Shown here piece after piece: positions 39,176 through 50,078 of a stretch of DNA of 50,640 bases. The notes under the pieces are model-generated. The model was not told the origin of the DNA, did no database searches, and saw only the letters and a list, made by a program, of their open reading frames with translations. The translations under genes and the position numbers were made by a program. The stretch comes from an uncultured Oligoflexus sp. (GTDB lineage Bacteria; Bdellovibrionota_B; Oligoflexia; Oligoflexales; Oligoflexaceae), in contig CAXSGP010000025.1 in NCBI GenBank assembly GCA_964236955.1, positions 1 to 50,640 on the forward strand, in the 5' to 3' direction. Numbering within the stretch: the first letter of the stretch is position 1; each line of letters begins with the position of its first letter.

Positions 39176-39729
39176 AGTAGTGTGAACCTCACTGTGGCAT
39201 TCGTAAAGAGGGTCGGTATCAAAGACCTCGATAAAAAGCGCAGGTCCTAAGGCGGGTGCGTCAAATTTATCTTTCGTCCCTATAAAACTAGCGAGAGTGG
39301 GGCAGAAAAACAAAGAAAAAACGCTTCCTAGGTCATTCTTTCTCGCTTTGGCTTTGATTTTGATTGAAACAGCTCGCGCCATGAGCCTGATTGTGACCGC
39401 AGGATGGATTCTGTATGCTGCCGGGCCTTTGACGCCCATCCCTGGGCGCGCGGCGGGCAGCTGCCGACCTTGGGGCACCCACTGTGGGGAGCCGCCGCAA
39501 AAGATCATCGCTTAAGTGGCCTTTAACACGCTTTTAAAACACGCCATAAATCACGAGCAGACGGAAGAGGACAGTGCGGCGCTAAAGCAGCAAGGTCCCG
39601 TGTCTCATGAACTTTTCTCATAAAAATCTGGCTTGACCGATCCTGTAACCCGTTTGCAAGTCCCCAGGAAATAGATTAGAACGAAGAGCACCAAAACAGG
39701 TGGACTCGTACGACAGCAGGAATAGGCTA

Positions 39730-40713
39730 ATGCAAGAATCGAATGCGTTACTGCAAGTGCGCAATCTTCAGACTGCGTTTAAAACCGAGTCGGGTCAGAT
39801 CCGCGCGCTTGATGGCGTTAGCTTTGACGTTGAACGGGGCAAGACCTTAGCCGTCGTCGGTGAATCAGGTTGCGGCAAATCGGTTACGGCTCTGTCTATT
39901 ATGGGGCTGGTGCAGGATGCCAACGGCTTTATCGAAGGCGGCAGCATCCTCTTTGAAAAAGACGACCTCGCCACCTATTCCAAAGAAAAAATGCGCAAAA
40001 TACGCGGCAATCGCATCGCGATGATATTTCAGGAGCCTATGACGGCGCTCAATCCGGTTTATCCGGTTGGTGATCAAATCGCCGAGGTTTTTAGAAATCA
40101 CCGCGGGATGTCGAGTCGGCAATCGAAGGTGGAAGCCCTGCGCATGCTCAAGCTTGTGCACATTCCTGATCCCGATAAACGTCTTCACGAATATCCTTTC
40201 CAACTTTCGGGTGGCATGCGGCAACGCGTGATGATTGCCATGGCCTTGGCCTGCGAGCCGAGTCTTTTGATTGCTGATGAACCCACCACAGCCCTCGATG
40301 TGACGATACAGGCGCAGATACTGCGGCTGATGAAAGAGCTGCAAAAGGAAAAAAACACGGCGATTCTCTTCATCACCCACGATCTTGGTATCGTGGCGGA
40401 GATGGCCGATCATGTTGTGGTCATGTATGCGGGCAAAGCGGTCGAGCATGGCGATGTTTTTCAGATCTTTGAACATCCCAAACATCCCTATACCAAAGGC
40501 CTGCTTGCCTCGATTCCATCGTCGACCATTACCAAGGAGGAGCGCCTCTATACGATAGAGGGGACGGTGCCGAGTCTTAGAAATTTACCGAAAGGCTGTC
40601 GCTTCAATACGCGCTGTCCTTTAGCACAAGGCATCTGCTTTGAGCAGCAGCCGCCGCTTGAGACTCTGGCGGGAGGCCATAGGGTGGCCTGTTACTTTGC
40701 AGAGAAGGTTTAG
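39730..40713 (+). CDS. oppD: Oligopeptide ABC transporter ATP-binding subunit
   Basis: [29 protein letters not shown]-terminal Cys motif. Confidence 0.92.
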   Translation: MQESNALLQVRNLQTAFKTESGQIRALDGVSFDVERGKTLAVVGESGCGKSVTALSIMGLVQDANGFIEGGSILFEKDDLATYSKEKMRKIRGNRIAMIFQEPMTALNPVYPVGDQIAEVFRNHRGMSSRQSKVEALRMLKLVHIPDPDKRLHEYPFQLSGGMRQRVMIAMALACEPSLLIADEPTTALDVTIQAQILRLMKELQKEKNTAILFITHDLGIVAEMADHVVVMYAGKAVEHGDVFQIFEHPKHPYTKGLLASIPSSTITKEERLYTIEGTVPSLRNLPKGCRFNTRCPLAQGICFEQQPPLETLAGGHRVACYFAEKV

Positions 40714-40719
40714 GACGCT

Positions 40720-41715
40720 ATGAGCACACTTCTCGAGGTCAAAAATCTCAATATGCACTTTCCTATCAGAGCTGGCATTTTAAAGCGCAAGGTCGGCCAC
40801 GTCTATGCATTGAACGACTTTTCTTTTGCCCTCGAGGCCGGTGAAACCCTTGGAATCGTCGGGGAATCGGGCTGCGGAAAGTCAACCCTCGGGCGCACGA
40901 TCGTCAGACTCTACGATCCCACGTCCGGTCAGGTTCTTTTCAAGGGCGAAGACATCGCCGGGTTGAAAAAGCGCCAGCTCAAAAACTTCCGCCGGCAGAT
41001 ACAGATGATTTTTCAGGATCCCTACGCCTCGCTCAATCCCCGCATGAGCATCGCCTCCATCCTTGAGGAGCCATTCAAGCTGCACGGAATGGGCAGCTCA
41101 GAGGAGCGTAAGCAAAAGGTCAAGGATCTCGTAACGATCGTCGGTCTGCGGGTGACCGATATCAATAAGTTTCCTCATGAATTCTCAGGCGGTCAGCGGC
41201 AGCGCATTGGCATTGCCAGGGCTCTGGCGCTCGATCCCAGTCTGATCGTTTGCGATGAAGCGGTGTCGGCCCTCGATGTCTCGATTCAATCACAGATCTT
41301 AAATCTCCTTATAGAGCTGCAGCGCAAGCTGAAGTTGACTTATATATTCATTTCTCACGATTTAAATGTCGTGCGCTATATCTCCGATCGTGTGGCGGTT
41401 ATGTACCTGGGCCGCCTCATGGAATTGACAGGCTCCGAAGAACTTTATCGTCAGCCGATCCATCCCTATACCAAAGCGCTGATGGCTGCTGCTCCGGTGC
41501 CGGATCCTCGCAAATCCAGCATCACGGCCATGTTGGAAGGGGACGTACCGAGTCCGAGTCGACCCCCCGCAGGTTGCCCGTTTCATACACGCTGTCCCTT
41601 TGTTCGCGATCGCTGCCAGTCTGAATTACCGCAGGTTCGGCCCTTCCGTGGTGATGCCACGCATTTGGTTGCCTGTCACTTTGCTGAAGAACTTATGAAG
41701 GAGGCTATCCACTGA
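40720..41715 (+). CDS. oppF: Oligopeptide ABC transporter ATP-binding subunit
   Basis: [25 protein letters not shown]. Confidence 0.92.
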   Translation: MSTLLEVKNLNMHFPIRAGILKRKVGHVYALNDFSFALEAGETLGIVGESGCGKSTLGRTIVRLYDPTSGQVLFKGEDIAGLKKRQLKNFRRQIQMIFQDPYASLNPRMSIASILEEPFKLHGMGSSEERKQKVKDLVTIVGLRVTDINKFPHEFSGGQRQRIGIARALALDPSLIVCDEAVSALDVSIQSQILNLLIELQRKLKLTYIFISHDLNVVRYISDRVAVMYLGRLMELTGSEELYRQPIHPYTKALMAAAPVPDPRKSSITAMLEGDVPSPSRPPAGCPFHTRCPFVRDRCQSELPQVRPFRGDATHLVACHFAEELMKEAIH

Positions 41716-43502
41716 TGAAGTACATCTCGCGTCGGCGTCTCGGTCTTGTTGTTGGCCTCGCTTTAAGTCTGAGCTTTACTTCGGCCTGTACGAAGAAAAA
41801 TTCCCCGGCCGAACTAGCAGGCGGCAAAAGACCCAAAATTTTTTATCACTACCTTCTTGCTGAGGCAAAAACCGCCGATCCTCAGCGGCAGATCGATACG
41901 ATTTCCGCACAGCTGGTTAGAAACGTCTTCGATACCCTTCTTCAATACAATTACCTGAAGCGTCCCTATGTGATGGAACCCGCCCTGCTGGAGAAAATGC
42001 CGGAAAAGCAAGGCGACGGCCTCTATCGCCTGACGCTTCGCAAAGGCGTGAAATTTCATGACAACGCGGCGTTTGCCGACGGCAAGGGTCGTGAGTTCAA
42101 TGCGGATGATGTTATCTACACCTTGAAACGCTTCGCCGATGCCAACGTCAATGACCGTAGTTATTCTCTGATTTCCGGGACTGTCGATGGTATGGACGGC
42201 TTTCGCGAGCAGTCTAAGAAACTGGGCAAAGGCTTCGATTATGCAAAAGTTGATATCGCCGGCATTAAAAAAGTCGATAACTTTAGCCTGACAATCAAGT
42301 TTACCAAAGATTCCCCCTTGAATTTTTATCCTTTTGCCGCTTCCTCGATGTCTATCGTGCCAAAGGAAGCCGTTGATAAATATGGCGAGGAATTCGCCAA
42401 GAACCCGGTGGGAACCGGGCCTTTCATCATGAAGAGCTATTCCCGCCGCGGCACCACTATACTGGCGCGCAACCCGAACTATTGGGAAAAATTCCCAACC
42501 GAGGGCATGCCAGAGGATCAAGCCATGATTTCTGCTTATGCCGGCAAGCAGCTGCCTTTTGTCGACGAGGTTCATCTGCCGTTGATAGAAGAGCCACAGC
42601 CTCAGATTCTAAAGTTTAAAAAAGGCCAGCTGAATTGGGTAGCGATCAACAAAGACGACTTCGCTAACTTCGTTGAGCATGCACCCGGCAGCAAGACCTT
42701 TACCTTAAAGCCTGAATACAAAAACCAGTACGAGCTTTATTATGCGCCCATGCTGGTCACGAGCTTTTTGAAGTTTGGGATGCGGGATGCCGTGGTCGGC
42801 AAAAACAAAGCTTTGCGTCAGGCTTTTGCCTTGGCACTCGATACGCCCGGATTCGTCGATCTTATCTTGAACGGTCGCGCCGTACCCTCCGATACGGTCG
42901 TTCCCGTGGAAATCTCGGGCTCCTCCACGGACACGGGTTCCAAAGGCTATTCCACACCCAATATCGAGTTGGCCAGACAAAAACTGGCCGAAGCCGGCTT
43001 TCCAGGTGGCAAAGGCCTACCGCCGCTGACCATCGAATACCGTTCGCCGACCAAAGAGTCGCGGCAGGCCTTTGAATACGTTCGTAACGATTTGGCTAAG
43101 ATAGGCGTCACGGTTGTTGGTAACTTTCAGACCTTCTCAAACTTTCTTGAAAAATCCAATTCGGGTAACTATCAAGTCGCTGATTTTGGCTGGAATGCGG
43201 ATTATCCCGATGCCGAGAACTTTTATGCTCTGCTCTATTCACCCAACCGCGCTCCCTTGCCCAATGATGGCAACTTTGAAAACGCCAGATACGATGAGCT
43301 TTACCTAAAGGCTCGCGACATGCCGAATGGCCCCGAGCGCTATAAGATTTTTGCGGAACTTGACGCGATCATAAAAGATGAAGTGCCCCTGATCCCCACT
43401 TTTGACCAATTGGCGATGGGCATGCTGCAAAAGAATGTGAAGAACTTTAAGCGCAACATGATGAACGAATATCCCTACAAGTATTTCGATATCAAGGAAT
43501 AA
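41715..43502 (+). CDS. oppA: Peptide ABC transporter substrate-binding lipoprotein (family 5)
   Basis: Lipobox TSAC; LRKGVKFHD, PVGTGPF, WNADYPD. Confidence 0.88.
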   Translation: MKYISRRRLGLVVGLALSLSFTSACTKKNSPAELAGGKRPKIFYHYLLAEAKTADPQRQIDTISAQLVRNVFDTLLQYNYLKRPYVMEPALLEKMPEKQGDGLYRLTLRKGVKFHDNAAFADGKGREFNADDVIYTLKRFADANVNDRSYSLISGTVDGMDGFREQSKKLGKGFDYAKVDIAGIKKVDNFSLTIKFTKDSPLNFYPFAASSMSIVPKEAVDKYGEEFAKNPVGTGPFIMKSYSRRGTTILARNPNYWEKFPTEGMPEDQAMISAYAGKQLPFVDEVHLPLIEEPQPQILKFKKGQLNWVAINKDDFANFVEHAPGSKTFTLKPEYKNQYELYYAPMLVTSFLKFGMRDAVVGKNKALRQAFALALDTPGFVDLILNGRAVPSDTVVPVEISGSSTDTGSKGYSTPNIELARQKLAEAGFPGGKGLPPLTIEYRSPTKESRQAFEYVRNDLAKIGVTVVGNFQTFSNFLEKSNSGNYQVADFGWNADYPDAENFYALLYSPNRAPLPNDGNFENARYDELYLKARDMPNGPERYKIFAELDAIIKDEVPLIPTFDQLAMGMLQKNVKNFKRNMMNEYPYKYFDIKE

Positions 43503-43511
43503 GGCCGAAAC

Positions 43512-44444
43512 ATGCTCGCTTATATCGCCCGCCGGCTCCTGCAGATGATCCCCATCCTACTAGGGGTCTCGCTTATCGTGTTCCTTTTGTTTAGCAAGGT
43601 CGGCGAGAACCCGGTCCGGGTGGCTTTGGGAGCTCATGCTACGCCAGAGGCGATAGCGAATCTAAGCGCGAAATGGGGTCTTGATCAGCCGCTGCCGATT
43701 CAGTACCTGAACTTTTTGAAGCAGATCGTGACCTTGGATTTTGGTGAATCCTTCAGCACAGGGGAAAAACTTAGCGAAACCTTTGCCAGTGGAGCCTTGG
43801 TGTCCTTGTCCCTTACCGTGCCGCCGTTTTTCTTTGGTCTGTTCCTCAATGTTTCGATCGCCATACTGATCGCTTTTTATCGCGGCTCCTGGATAGATCG
43901 TTACAGCACGATACTCTTCGTTGCGGGCATGAGTATTTCCTATCTCGTCTATATTATGGCTTTTCAGTATATCTTTTCCTACCTTCTCGATTGGTTTCCC
44001 ATCAGTGGCTATGAGTCGGGCTTTGGGGCAATTCCCTATCTGGCTTTGCCCTGGATCATTACCATCATCGCGTCGGCGGGGCCGGAAATTCGACTGTTTC
44101 GGACAGTCTTTTTGGATGAAACGAGAGCCGACTATGTGCGCACGGCTATTGCCAAAGGCTGTTCCTCGCGGCAGGTTATGTTCAAACACATTATGCGCAA
44201 TGCCCTCGTTCCAATCCTGACCTATAGTGTCATCGGTATTCCCTCGTTGATTTTGGGCGCTTTTCTGATGGAGCGTTTTTTTTCAATTCCGGGGACCGGC
44301 GACATCCTCATCACGGCGATCCACAATGGTGACTTTCCGGTGATCAAAGGGGTGACGATACTTATTTCGATCGCGTTTACCCTGATTAACCTTATTACGG
44401 ACCTGCTCTACGCCTACGTTGATCCCAGAGTTCAGCTTGAGTAG
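43512..44444 (+). CDS. oppB: Peptide ABC transporter permease
   Basis: GLDQPL..QY, DYVRTA.AKG, DLLYAYVDPR. Confidence 0.9.
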   Translation: MLAYIARRLLQMIPILLGVSLIVFLLFSKVGENPVRVALGAHATPEAIANLSAKWGLDQPLPIQYLNFLKQIVTLDFGESFSTGEKLSETFASGALVSLSLTVPPFFFGLFLNVSIAILIAFYRGSWIDRYSTILFVAGMSISYLVYIMAFQYIFSYLLDWFPISGYESGFGAIPYLALPWIITIIASAGPEIRLFRTVFLDETRADYVRTAIAKGCSSRQVMFKHIMRNALVPILTYSVIGIPSLILGAFLMERFFSIPGTGDILITAIHNGDFPVIKGVTILISIAFTLINLITDLLYAYVDPRVQLE

Positions 44445-44498
44445 ACCGGGGCGACCAACGCTTTGGGCACGGCAACGTTTAGAAAGAGGGAATAGAGA

Positions 44499-45458
44499 AT
44501 GAAGACGACGGAAAAAATCGTTTCGGCAGATGGGATCAGCGCTCAGGTTTTGAAACAGGAAAGCGAGAGCGTCACCAGGCGCGCGATACGTCGTTTGCTT
44601 GGCAAAAAGATGACCATCATTTGTATGGTTATAATGGCTGTATATTGTCTCATCGCTATTATAGGCTACATGGACCTTTTGCCTGACTATCAAACCCGTT
44701 TGGCCCCGTCCTATGAACCACCAAGTTTGGATTTTGCCAAGAGCCTCGGTACCGATATCTTTGGGCGTTCGGTATTGTATAAAATTTTGGCCGGAACCAA
44801 AATCGCAATGACCATTGCCGTCCTGGTAACCGTGATAAGCATTCCAGTTGGAATGTTTTTGGGTGCCTTAGCTGGTTATTTTGGTGGCAGGATCGACGCT
44901 GTTATAGCTTGGCTTTATACGGTCTTATCTTCAATTCCCAATATTCTTTTACTTGTTGGTATCTCTTATGCGGTCAGCCATAGCCTTGGTCAGGATCCCA
45001 ACGCCGCGGTAGCGCCTCACGCTCCCGATCTAGGGCTGGTTTCCATATGTATTGCCCTGGGTGTCGTTGGTTGGGTGGGTCTGTGCCGTCTAGTCCGCGC
45101 TGAAGTGATGAGGCATAAAAATATGGAGTATGTGTTGGCCGTGCGATTGCTGGGCGCCAGCGATGCTCACATTATCTTTCGCCATATCCTGCCCAATGTT
45201 TTTCACCTGGCTATCGTCAGTGCATCGCTTAGTATGTTAGGGGCGATAAAGTTCGAAGTCATTCTTACTTATCTTGGTGTGGGGGTTAAAAGTGATGGCA
45301 GTTGGGGTATGATGATTAACTATGCCACGGGGGAATTAAGCAATGGAATCTGGTGGCCGCTACTGAGCGTAACAATTGCTATGTTCCTGATATTATATGC
45401 ACTAAATGTCGTTGGAGACGCCCTGCGTGATGCCCTCGATCCGAAACTACTACATTAA
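44499..45458 (+). CDS. oppC: Peptide ABC transporter permease
   Basis: LGTDIFGRS, HILPN, GDALRDALDPK. Confidence 0.9.
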   Translation: MKTTEKIVSADGISAQVLKQESESVTRRAIRRLLGKKMTIICMVIMAVYCLIAIIGYMDLLPDYQTRLAPSYEPPSLDFAKSLGTDIFGRSVLYKILAGTKIAMTIAVLVTVISIPVGMFLGALAGYFGGRIDAVIAWLYTVLSSIPNILLLVGISYAVSHSLGQDPNAAVAPHAPDLGLVSICIALGVVGWVGLCRLVRAEVMRHKNMEYVLAVRLLGASDAHIIFRHILPNVFHLAIVSASLSMLGAIKFEVILTYLGVGVKSDGSWGMMINYATGELSNGIWWPLLSVTIAMFLILYALNVVGDALRDALDPKLLH

Positions 45459-45492
45459 TTGCGACTGGTATCCGATAAGAGAAGCTCTCGGC

Positions 45493-45520
45493 TTGACAAG
45501 TTCAATAACGGATCTAGATT
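45493..45520 (+). promoter_or_regulatory. sigma70-type promoter for trxA
   Basis: TTGACA-N16-TAGATT. Confidence 0.5.
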
Positions 45521-45573
45521 ACTAACATAGCAAGAGACCAAAACTCTTAGGCTAACGAAGAAGGTTACAAAAA

Positions 45574-45900
45574 ATGGGTACATTCACAAAACCAGTTGGT
45601 GATTCCGATTTCGAACTTGCCGTTCTAAAATCTCAGGAACCTGTCCTGGTTGATTTCTGGGCACCCTGGTGCGGTCCGTGTCTTTCGATAGGCCCAAGTC
45701 TTGAAAAGCTTGCCGAGCAGTTCCAAGGAAAAGTTAAGATCGTCAAAGTAAACGTCGACGAGAATCCAGAAGTCTCGGCTCGTTATGGCGTTCGATCGAT
45801 TCCTTACCTTGTTATGTTTAAGGGAGGCAAAGTGGCCGAAAGCGTTATTGGAGCGCAGCCGCCGCAGAACCTTCAAAAACTTATTGAAAAGTTTGTTTGA
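45574..45900 (+). CDS. trxA: Thioredoxin
   Basis: DFWAPWCGPC active site; SIP cis-Pro loop. Confidence 0.95.
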   Translation: MGTFTKPVGDSDFELAVLKSQEPVLVDFWAPWCGPCLSIGPSLEKLAEQFQGKVKIVKVNVDENPEVSARYGVRSIPYLVMFKGGKVAESVIGAQPPQNLQKLIEKFV

Positions 45901-46240
45901 GTCGATGGGCCCCTTGATTTCAGGGGTCTTTCCTAGCCTAGACCTCGCGATTTCAGTCAAGGAGTCCCGTACTTTCTAGCCATGGTCCTTCACAAAAAGC
46001 AATACTTCTCACAAAATCTATGGTATCAAGCTAGGCCCTTATGGGTAACGTGCATTTTCAGCGCCCTGCGTGTCCTTGGAGTTAATCCTAAGTAAGAGCG
46101 TTGAATATCTAACCATAGCTCTATTTATTTAATCCCACTAGGCCTGGTCGACCTTAAACACGCAAGTCCTCAGTCCGCATCGACCCGAAGTCTATCTTCG
46201 GGTTAGGTATGACGCATGACGTCCTGCCGGAAAGATCCCT

Positions 46241-47824
46241 ATGACCAGTTTTGCTAACTTTCGCGACCTCAATCTTGAAGAATCTCTCAACAACGCTCTC
46301 GACAAAATGGGTTTCACTGAGCCCACCCCCATCCAACAGCAAACGATCGTACAGGCCCTCGACGGCCGCGATATTCTTGGTTGCGCGCAAACGGGTACCG
46401 GTAAAACCGGTGCCTTTGGTATTCCGCTCATCCAATATCTTATTAAAAATCCTGATAAAAAAGCGCTGATTCTGGCGCCGACCCGCGAACTCGCTGATCA
46501 AATCAATCGTACACTGGCCCTGATGGCATTTCATTCTTACGGCATTCGTATCGCATTGATCATCGGTGGCGCTTCCATGGGCCAACAGGTCCGTATGCTG
46601 AGCCAGGGCGCGCGCGTGATCGTGGCGACTCCAGGTCGTTTGATCGACCTCCTTTCTCAGCGTAAAGTCGCTCTCGGTAACGTCGGAATTCTGGTTCTCG
46701 ATGAAGTGGATCGTATGCTTGATATGGGATTTGCCCCTCAGCTTCAGCAGATCGTTCCGCATTTGCCTTCGGAACGTCAGGCCATGCTGTTCTCGGCGAC
46801 ACTACCGCCCGAGATCATGAAGCTTGCCGAAAGCTATTTACGCAATCCGGTTCGTGTGACAGTCGGCGAGCAACTTGCTGCCGCCACCACCGTTGAGCAG
46901 AAAATGATACAGACTCAGCAAGACTCCAAGCAGGAGCTTTTGCTGAAGGAACTTTCGGATATGCAAGGTAAGGCCATCGTCTTCGTCAAGACGCAGCATG
47001 GTACTGAGCGTCTGGCAAAAGTGGTTCGTGCTGCGGGTTTCCGCGCCGATCGTTTGCACGGTGGTCGGACCCATATGCAGCGAAAACGAGCCCTCGATAA
47101 CTTCCGTAAGGGCGAGACCCAAATCCTCGTGGCAACCGACATCGCCGGGCGTGGTATCGACATCGATGATATCGAATTCGTTGTAAATTTTGATATGCCT
47201 AAGACTCAAGAAGACTATATTCACCGCATCGGCCGTACCGGTCGTTACGGCCGTACCGGTATCGCGATCAACTTTGTAACCTATGAAGACATGCGATTGA
47301 TGCGCCTTCTCGATCCTGAATCCTATCCTTCCCGTCGTGGACCAAGCAGCGGTTCAGCCGCTAGCGGTACGCGCCGTGGTGGTCGTGATGCGGGTGCTCA
47401 CGGTGATCGCCGTCCAGCCCCAAGTGGTCGGCGTCCCGAGACAACTCGCGGTCGTGCTTCGGATGCCCGTAGCCCTAACTTCCGTTCGGAAGCTGCCAAA
47501 CGTGATCGTCCTTCGGCCGCTGCGCCTACCGGTGATGCTGGCCGCCGTGAGCCTCGTTCGTTCAGTCCAGATGCTCGTCGCGATCGACCTTCGGCGCCAC
47601 GCGGCGACCGTCCCGATACCCGTCCTCGCTCCCCTCGCCCTCCAGTGGCTGCTGCAGCTGCGAGTGATAAGGGTTTCCGCACGCGTCGTGATAACGATAA
47701 CTTTGATGGCGGCAACACCAAGCCCCGTCGCAGCGATCGTCCAGTGGATGACAGCAAAACAGGCCCGGCCAAGGCAGAGGCTCCTAAAAAGTCCCGTCTG
47801 GCAAATCTGTTTCGTTGGGAATAG
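46241..47824 (+). CDS. DEAD/DEAH-box RNA helicase with basic disordered C-tail
   Basis: Q motif, GTGKT, PTRELA, DEVD, SAT, HRIGRTGR. Confidence 0.95.
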   Translation: MTSFANFRDLNLEESLNNALDKMGFTEPTPIQQQTIVQALDGRDILGCAQTGTGKTGAFGIPLIQYLIKNPDKKALILAPTRELADQINRTLALMAFHSYGIRIALIIGGASMGQQVRMLSQGARVIVATPGRLIDLLSQRKVALGNVGILVLDEVDRMLDMGFAPQLQQIVPHLPSERQAMLFSATLPPEIMKLAESYLRNPVRVTVGEQLAAATTVEQKMIQTQQDSKQELLLKELSDMQGKAIVFVKTQHGTERLAKVVRAAGFRADRLHGGRTHMQRKRALDNFRKGETQILVATDIAGRGIDIDDIEFVVNFDMPKTQEDYIHRIGRTGRYGRTGIAINFVTYEDMRLMRLLDPESYPSRRGPSSGSAASGTRRGGRDAGAHGDRRPAPSGRRPETTRGRASDARSPNFRSEAAKRDRPSAAAPTGDAGRREPRSFSPDARRDRPSAPRGDRPDTRPRSPRPPVAAAAASDKGFRTRRDNDNFDGGNTKPRRSDRPVDDSKTGPAKAEAPKKSRLANLFRWE

Positions 47825-47854
47825 CAAGTTAGTAGGGATTTAATTTAAAATTCG

Positions 47855-47886
47855 AAGGAGCTTCACGCGCGTGAGGCTCCTTTTTT
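47855..47886 (+). terminator. Intrinsic terminator
   Basis: GGAGCTTCAC-GCGC-GTGAGGCTCC followed by T6. Confidence 0.85.
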
Positions 47887-47923
47887 AACTTGTTTGAGAA
47901 TATCTCCGAAGCTTTAAGTTATT

Positions 47924-48646
47924 TTAAGCCGGTGGGCGTTTGCGGGCACGGAGCCATTGTTTCTTGGTGCCGCCGGCTTCAATGCGTTCCTGTTGCCATC
48001 CTGAGGCTTCGAGATTGTCGCGCACCAAACGGGCGACGCTGTAGGTTACGAGGCAGACCTGATCGCCGGAGGCTGCGGCGATTTTGGCAAACCATTCAGG
48101 CGTCCAAAGTTCCGGATTTTTTTTCGATGAGAAGGCATCCTGCCAGATAAAATCAAAAGTAAAGCCGTTAAAGTCGGCATCGACTGCGTCGCCGACCGAT
48201 GCGGTCCAGTGAAATCGTTTTTGCGTGAGGGGGTGGATAAGTTCGGCGGACCAGCGCGATGGAGTCACTTTGACAAGTTCCTGCGACCAGAGTTTCCATG
48301 CGTTGGACCAGCCTTCCTTCCAGGCGGTATCGGGATCAGTCAGGGCTTCGAGAAGAGCCTCAGTGTGCTCCAGGCTGAGCATATGAAGGTCTGCAAGGCC
48401 AGGGCCCTGCATCCAGAATTCGAGGGTCATGAGGGCGTTATAGCCAAGCCCAAGGCCAAGATCTAAGATGCAGAAGGATTTTTGACTGTTTTGAAGGCCA
48501 ACGGCATAGCCACTGGCCTTCATGTAGAGTTCAAGAGTTTCGCGCCGCGCGCCGGATTTGGAATGAAATTCTTCATCGTAGACAGGGTGGCGTATGGTGA
48601 AGCTACCGTCATCAGTCAGCACCTGATCTATTTTAAAGCTTTTCAC
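47924..48646 (-). CDS. mnmD: tRNA mnm5s2U34 methyltransferase, MnmC-type methyltransferase domain only (MnmD-like)
   Basis: T.DGS.T, FHS..GA..E, LDLGLGLGYN, DAFS..KNPELW, TYS; GTG start after AGAGG. Confidence 0.8.
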   Translation of the reverse strand: MKSFKIDQVLTDDGSFTIRHPVYDEEFHSKSGARRETLELYMKASGYAVGLQNSQKSFCILDLGLGLGYNALMTLEFWMQGPGLADLHMLSLEHTEALLEALTDPDTAWKEGWSNAWKLWSQELVKVTPSRWSAELIHPLTQKRFHWTASVGDAVDADFNGFTFDFIWQDAFSSKKNPELWTPEWFAKIAAASGDQVCLVTYSVARLVRDNLEASGWQQERIEAGGTKKQWLRARKRPPA

Positions 48647-48784
48647 GTCATTTCCTCTTCTCTGACATAGCATGAGCGCCAGTATATCTTTCTTAGAAGG
48701 AATCCCAAGGTCTTGCGAGCGCTTTTTGATTCTCCTGGGTTGACGAGCGCTAAGGATTTTTGGTAAAAGAGCTTTCCTAAGAAA

Positions 48785-48860
48785 CGGGGCGTAGCGCAGT
48801 TGGTAGCGCGCGTGGTTTGGGACCATGAGGTCGCAGGTTCGAATCCTGTCGCCCCGACCA
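48785..48860 (+). tRNA. tRNA-Pro (anticodon TGG)
   Basis: Cloverleaf CGGGGCG...CGCCCCG ACCA; GGTTCGAATCC T-loop; anticodon loop TTTGGGA. Confidence 0.97.
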
Positions 48861-48897
48861 TCTCTTTATTGAGTTGGTAACCGTTTTTTAGACAGTG

Positions 48898-48947
48898 AAA
48901 ACCCGAAGTTACGGTCAAATTTATTTGATTTTAGCTTCGGGTTTTTT
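48898..48947. terminator. Long bidirectional hairpin between tRNA and integrase
   Basis: AAAACCCGAAG...CTTCGGGTTTT with inner TCAAAT/ATTTGA pairing. Confidence 0.7.
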
Positions 48948-48995
48948 GCGTTTGAAACGTTGGAATGAACTTTTAGTGAACATTTGGTTTTGCTC

Positions 48996-50078
48996 CTATC
49001 CACCGAATGCCGTTCCATCTGCTTCGCGTAGCGCTGATTTCCGCGACAGAAGCAAATCCGTGAGACCTGAAAGATGGTCAGGAGCGAAATGCATGTATCG
49101 CATCGTAGTGTCGATACTTGAATGCCCAAGTAGCTTTTGGATATCAAAAACAATGACTCCAGACATGGCCATATGTGATGCAAAACTATGACGTAAGTCA
49201 TGAAAGCATATTTGATTTACGCCAGCCTTAAGTTGGGCAGGTCTGAAGCGACGAACAACTAAATGATCGTAGTCGGCAGGCAGTACTTGATCCTTTAGGC
49301 TGCGAAGTGAATGTTCCTTTAGAATCTGAACGACCGCAGAATTCATGGGGACTCTTCGAATGCGTTTGCCTTTAGTGTATTCGTTGAGCTTATGAGTTTT
49401 CTTACACCAGCTTCTTTTAACGACGATAAAAGATCTTTCGAAATCAATGCAGTCTCGAAGTAGCCCCTCCACTTCACCTCGCCTTAAGCCAGTGTAAACA
49501 GCGAGTCCAATAATTGCATGCAGCTCAGGATCGTTTGCCTTTGCCCATCCAAGGAAACGATCTCTCTCTTCAAAGGTCCAGAACCTGTAGTCCTTTTCTG
49601 GAACTTTCAGGGCCTTCAGACCGTCGACGGGATTGACCTTGAGCAGGTCCCATTCGACAGCACTTTTAAACATCTTGTGGCATAGACCTACGATGATATT
49701 AATCGTCTTTGGCGAAAGCCTCCCTTCCGAGACGAGATCACCTTGCAGCTTTGAAATGTCACGCCTTGAAATTGATTCGAGTTTGAACCTATCCCATCGC
49801 GGCATGAGGTAGTCACGGATTATTTGTCGATCCTGGACTAATGACCCTTCCGTCTTATGAACAGATCCATGGTCTCTAATCCAAGTAACCACGTATTCCG
49901 AAAATAAAGTCGCTGCAGTGAACGGAGTCACGATATTAGGCTGTGAAAATCCTGCCACCTTGAGGCATGATTCAAACTTATCTGCATCGATTTTTCTTTT
50001 AAAGTTTTTGGCCTTGAGTTTTCCCTCAACGCGCCAACGAACTTGGTACTTTCCTTCTTTCGTCTTGTGTATGCTCAT
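48996..50078 (-). CDS. Phage-type tyrosine integrase
   Basis: TGLRRGE, K (TKGK), HDLRH, LGHS, Y catalytic set; N-terminal arm-binding-like segment. Confidence 0.95.
   Translation of the reverse strand: MSIHKTKEGKYQVRWRVEGKLKAKNFKRKIDADKFESCLKVAGFSQPNIVTPFTAATLFSEYVVTWIRDHGSVHKTEGSLVQDRQIIRDYLMPRWDRFKLESISRRDISKLQGDLVSEGRLSPKTINIIVGLCHKMFKSAVEWDLLKVNPVDGLKALKVPEKDYRFWTFEERDRFLGWAKANDPELHAIIGLAVYTGLRRGEVEGLLRDCIDFERSFIVVKRSWCKKTHKLNEYTKGKRIRRVPMNSAVVQILKEHSLRSLKDQVLPADYDHLVVRRFRPAQLKAGVNQICFHDLRHSFASHMAMSGVIVFDIQKLLGHSSIDTTMRYMHFAPDHLSGLTDLLLSRKSALREADGTAFGG

Noticed and set aside
39176..39700. Extension of the M48 ORF to 39508, ORF 39297-39515, or an RNA gene (SRP/6S/tmRNA) in this gap
   Set aside because: Protease homology starts at 39175; no diagnostic RNA motif or convincing RBS was seen
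48647..48918. ORFs overlapping the tRNA (48643-48918 and the 5' extension of 47924-48826)
   Set aside because: Antisense translation of tRNA-Pro; the methyltransferase starts at GTG 48646
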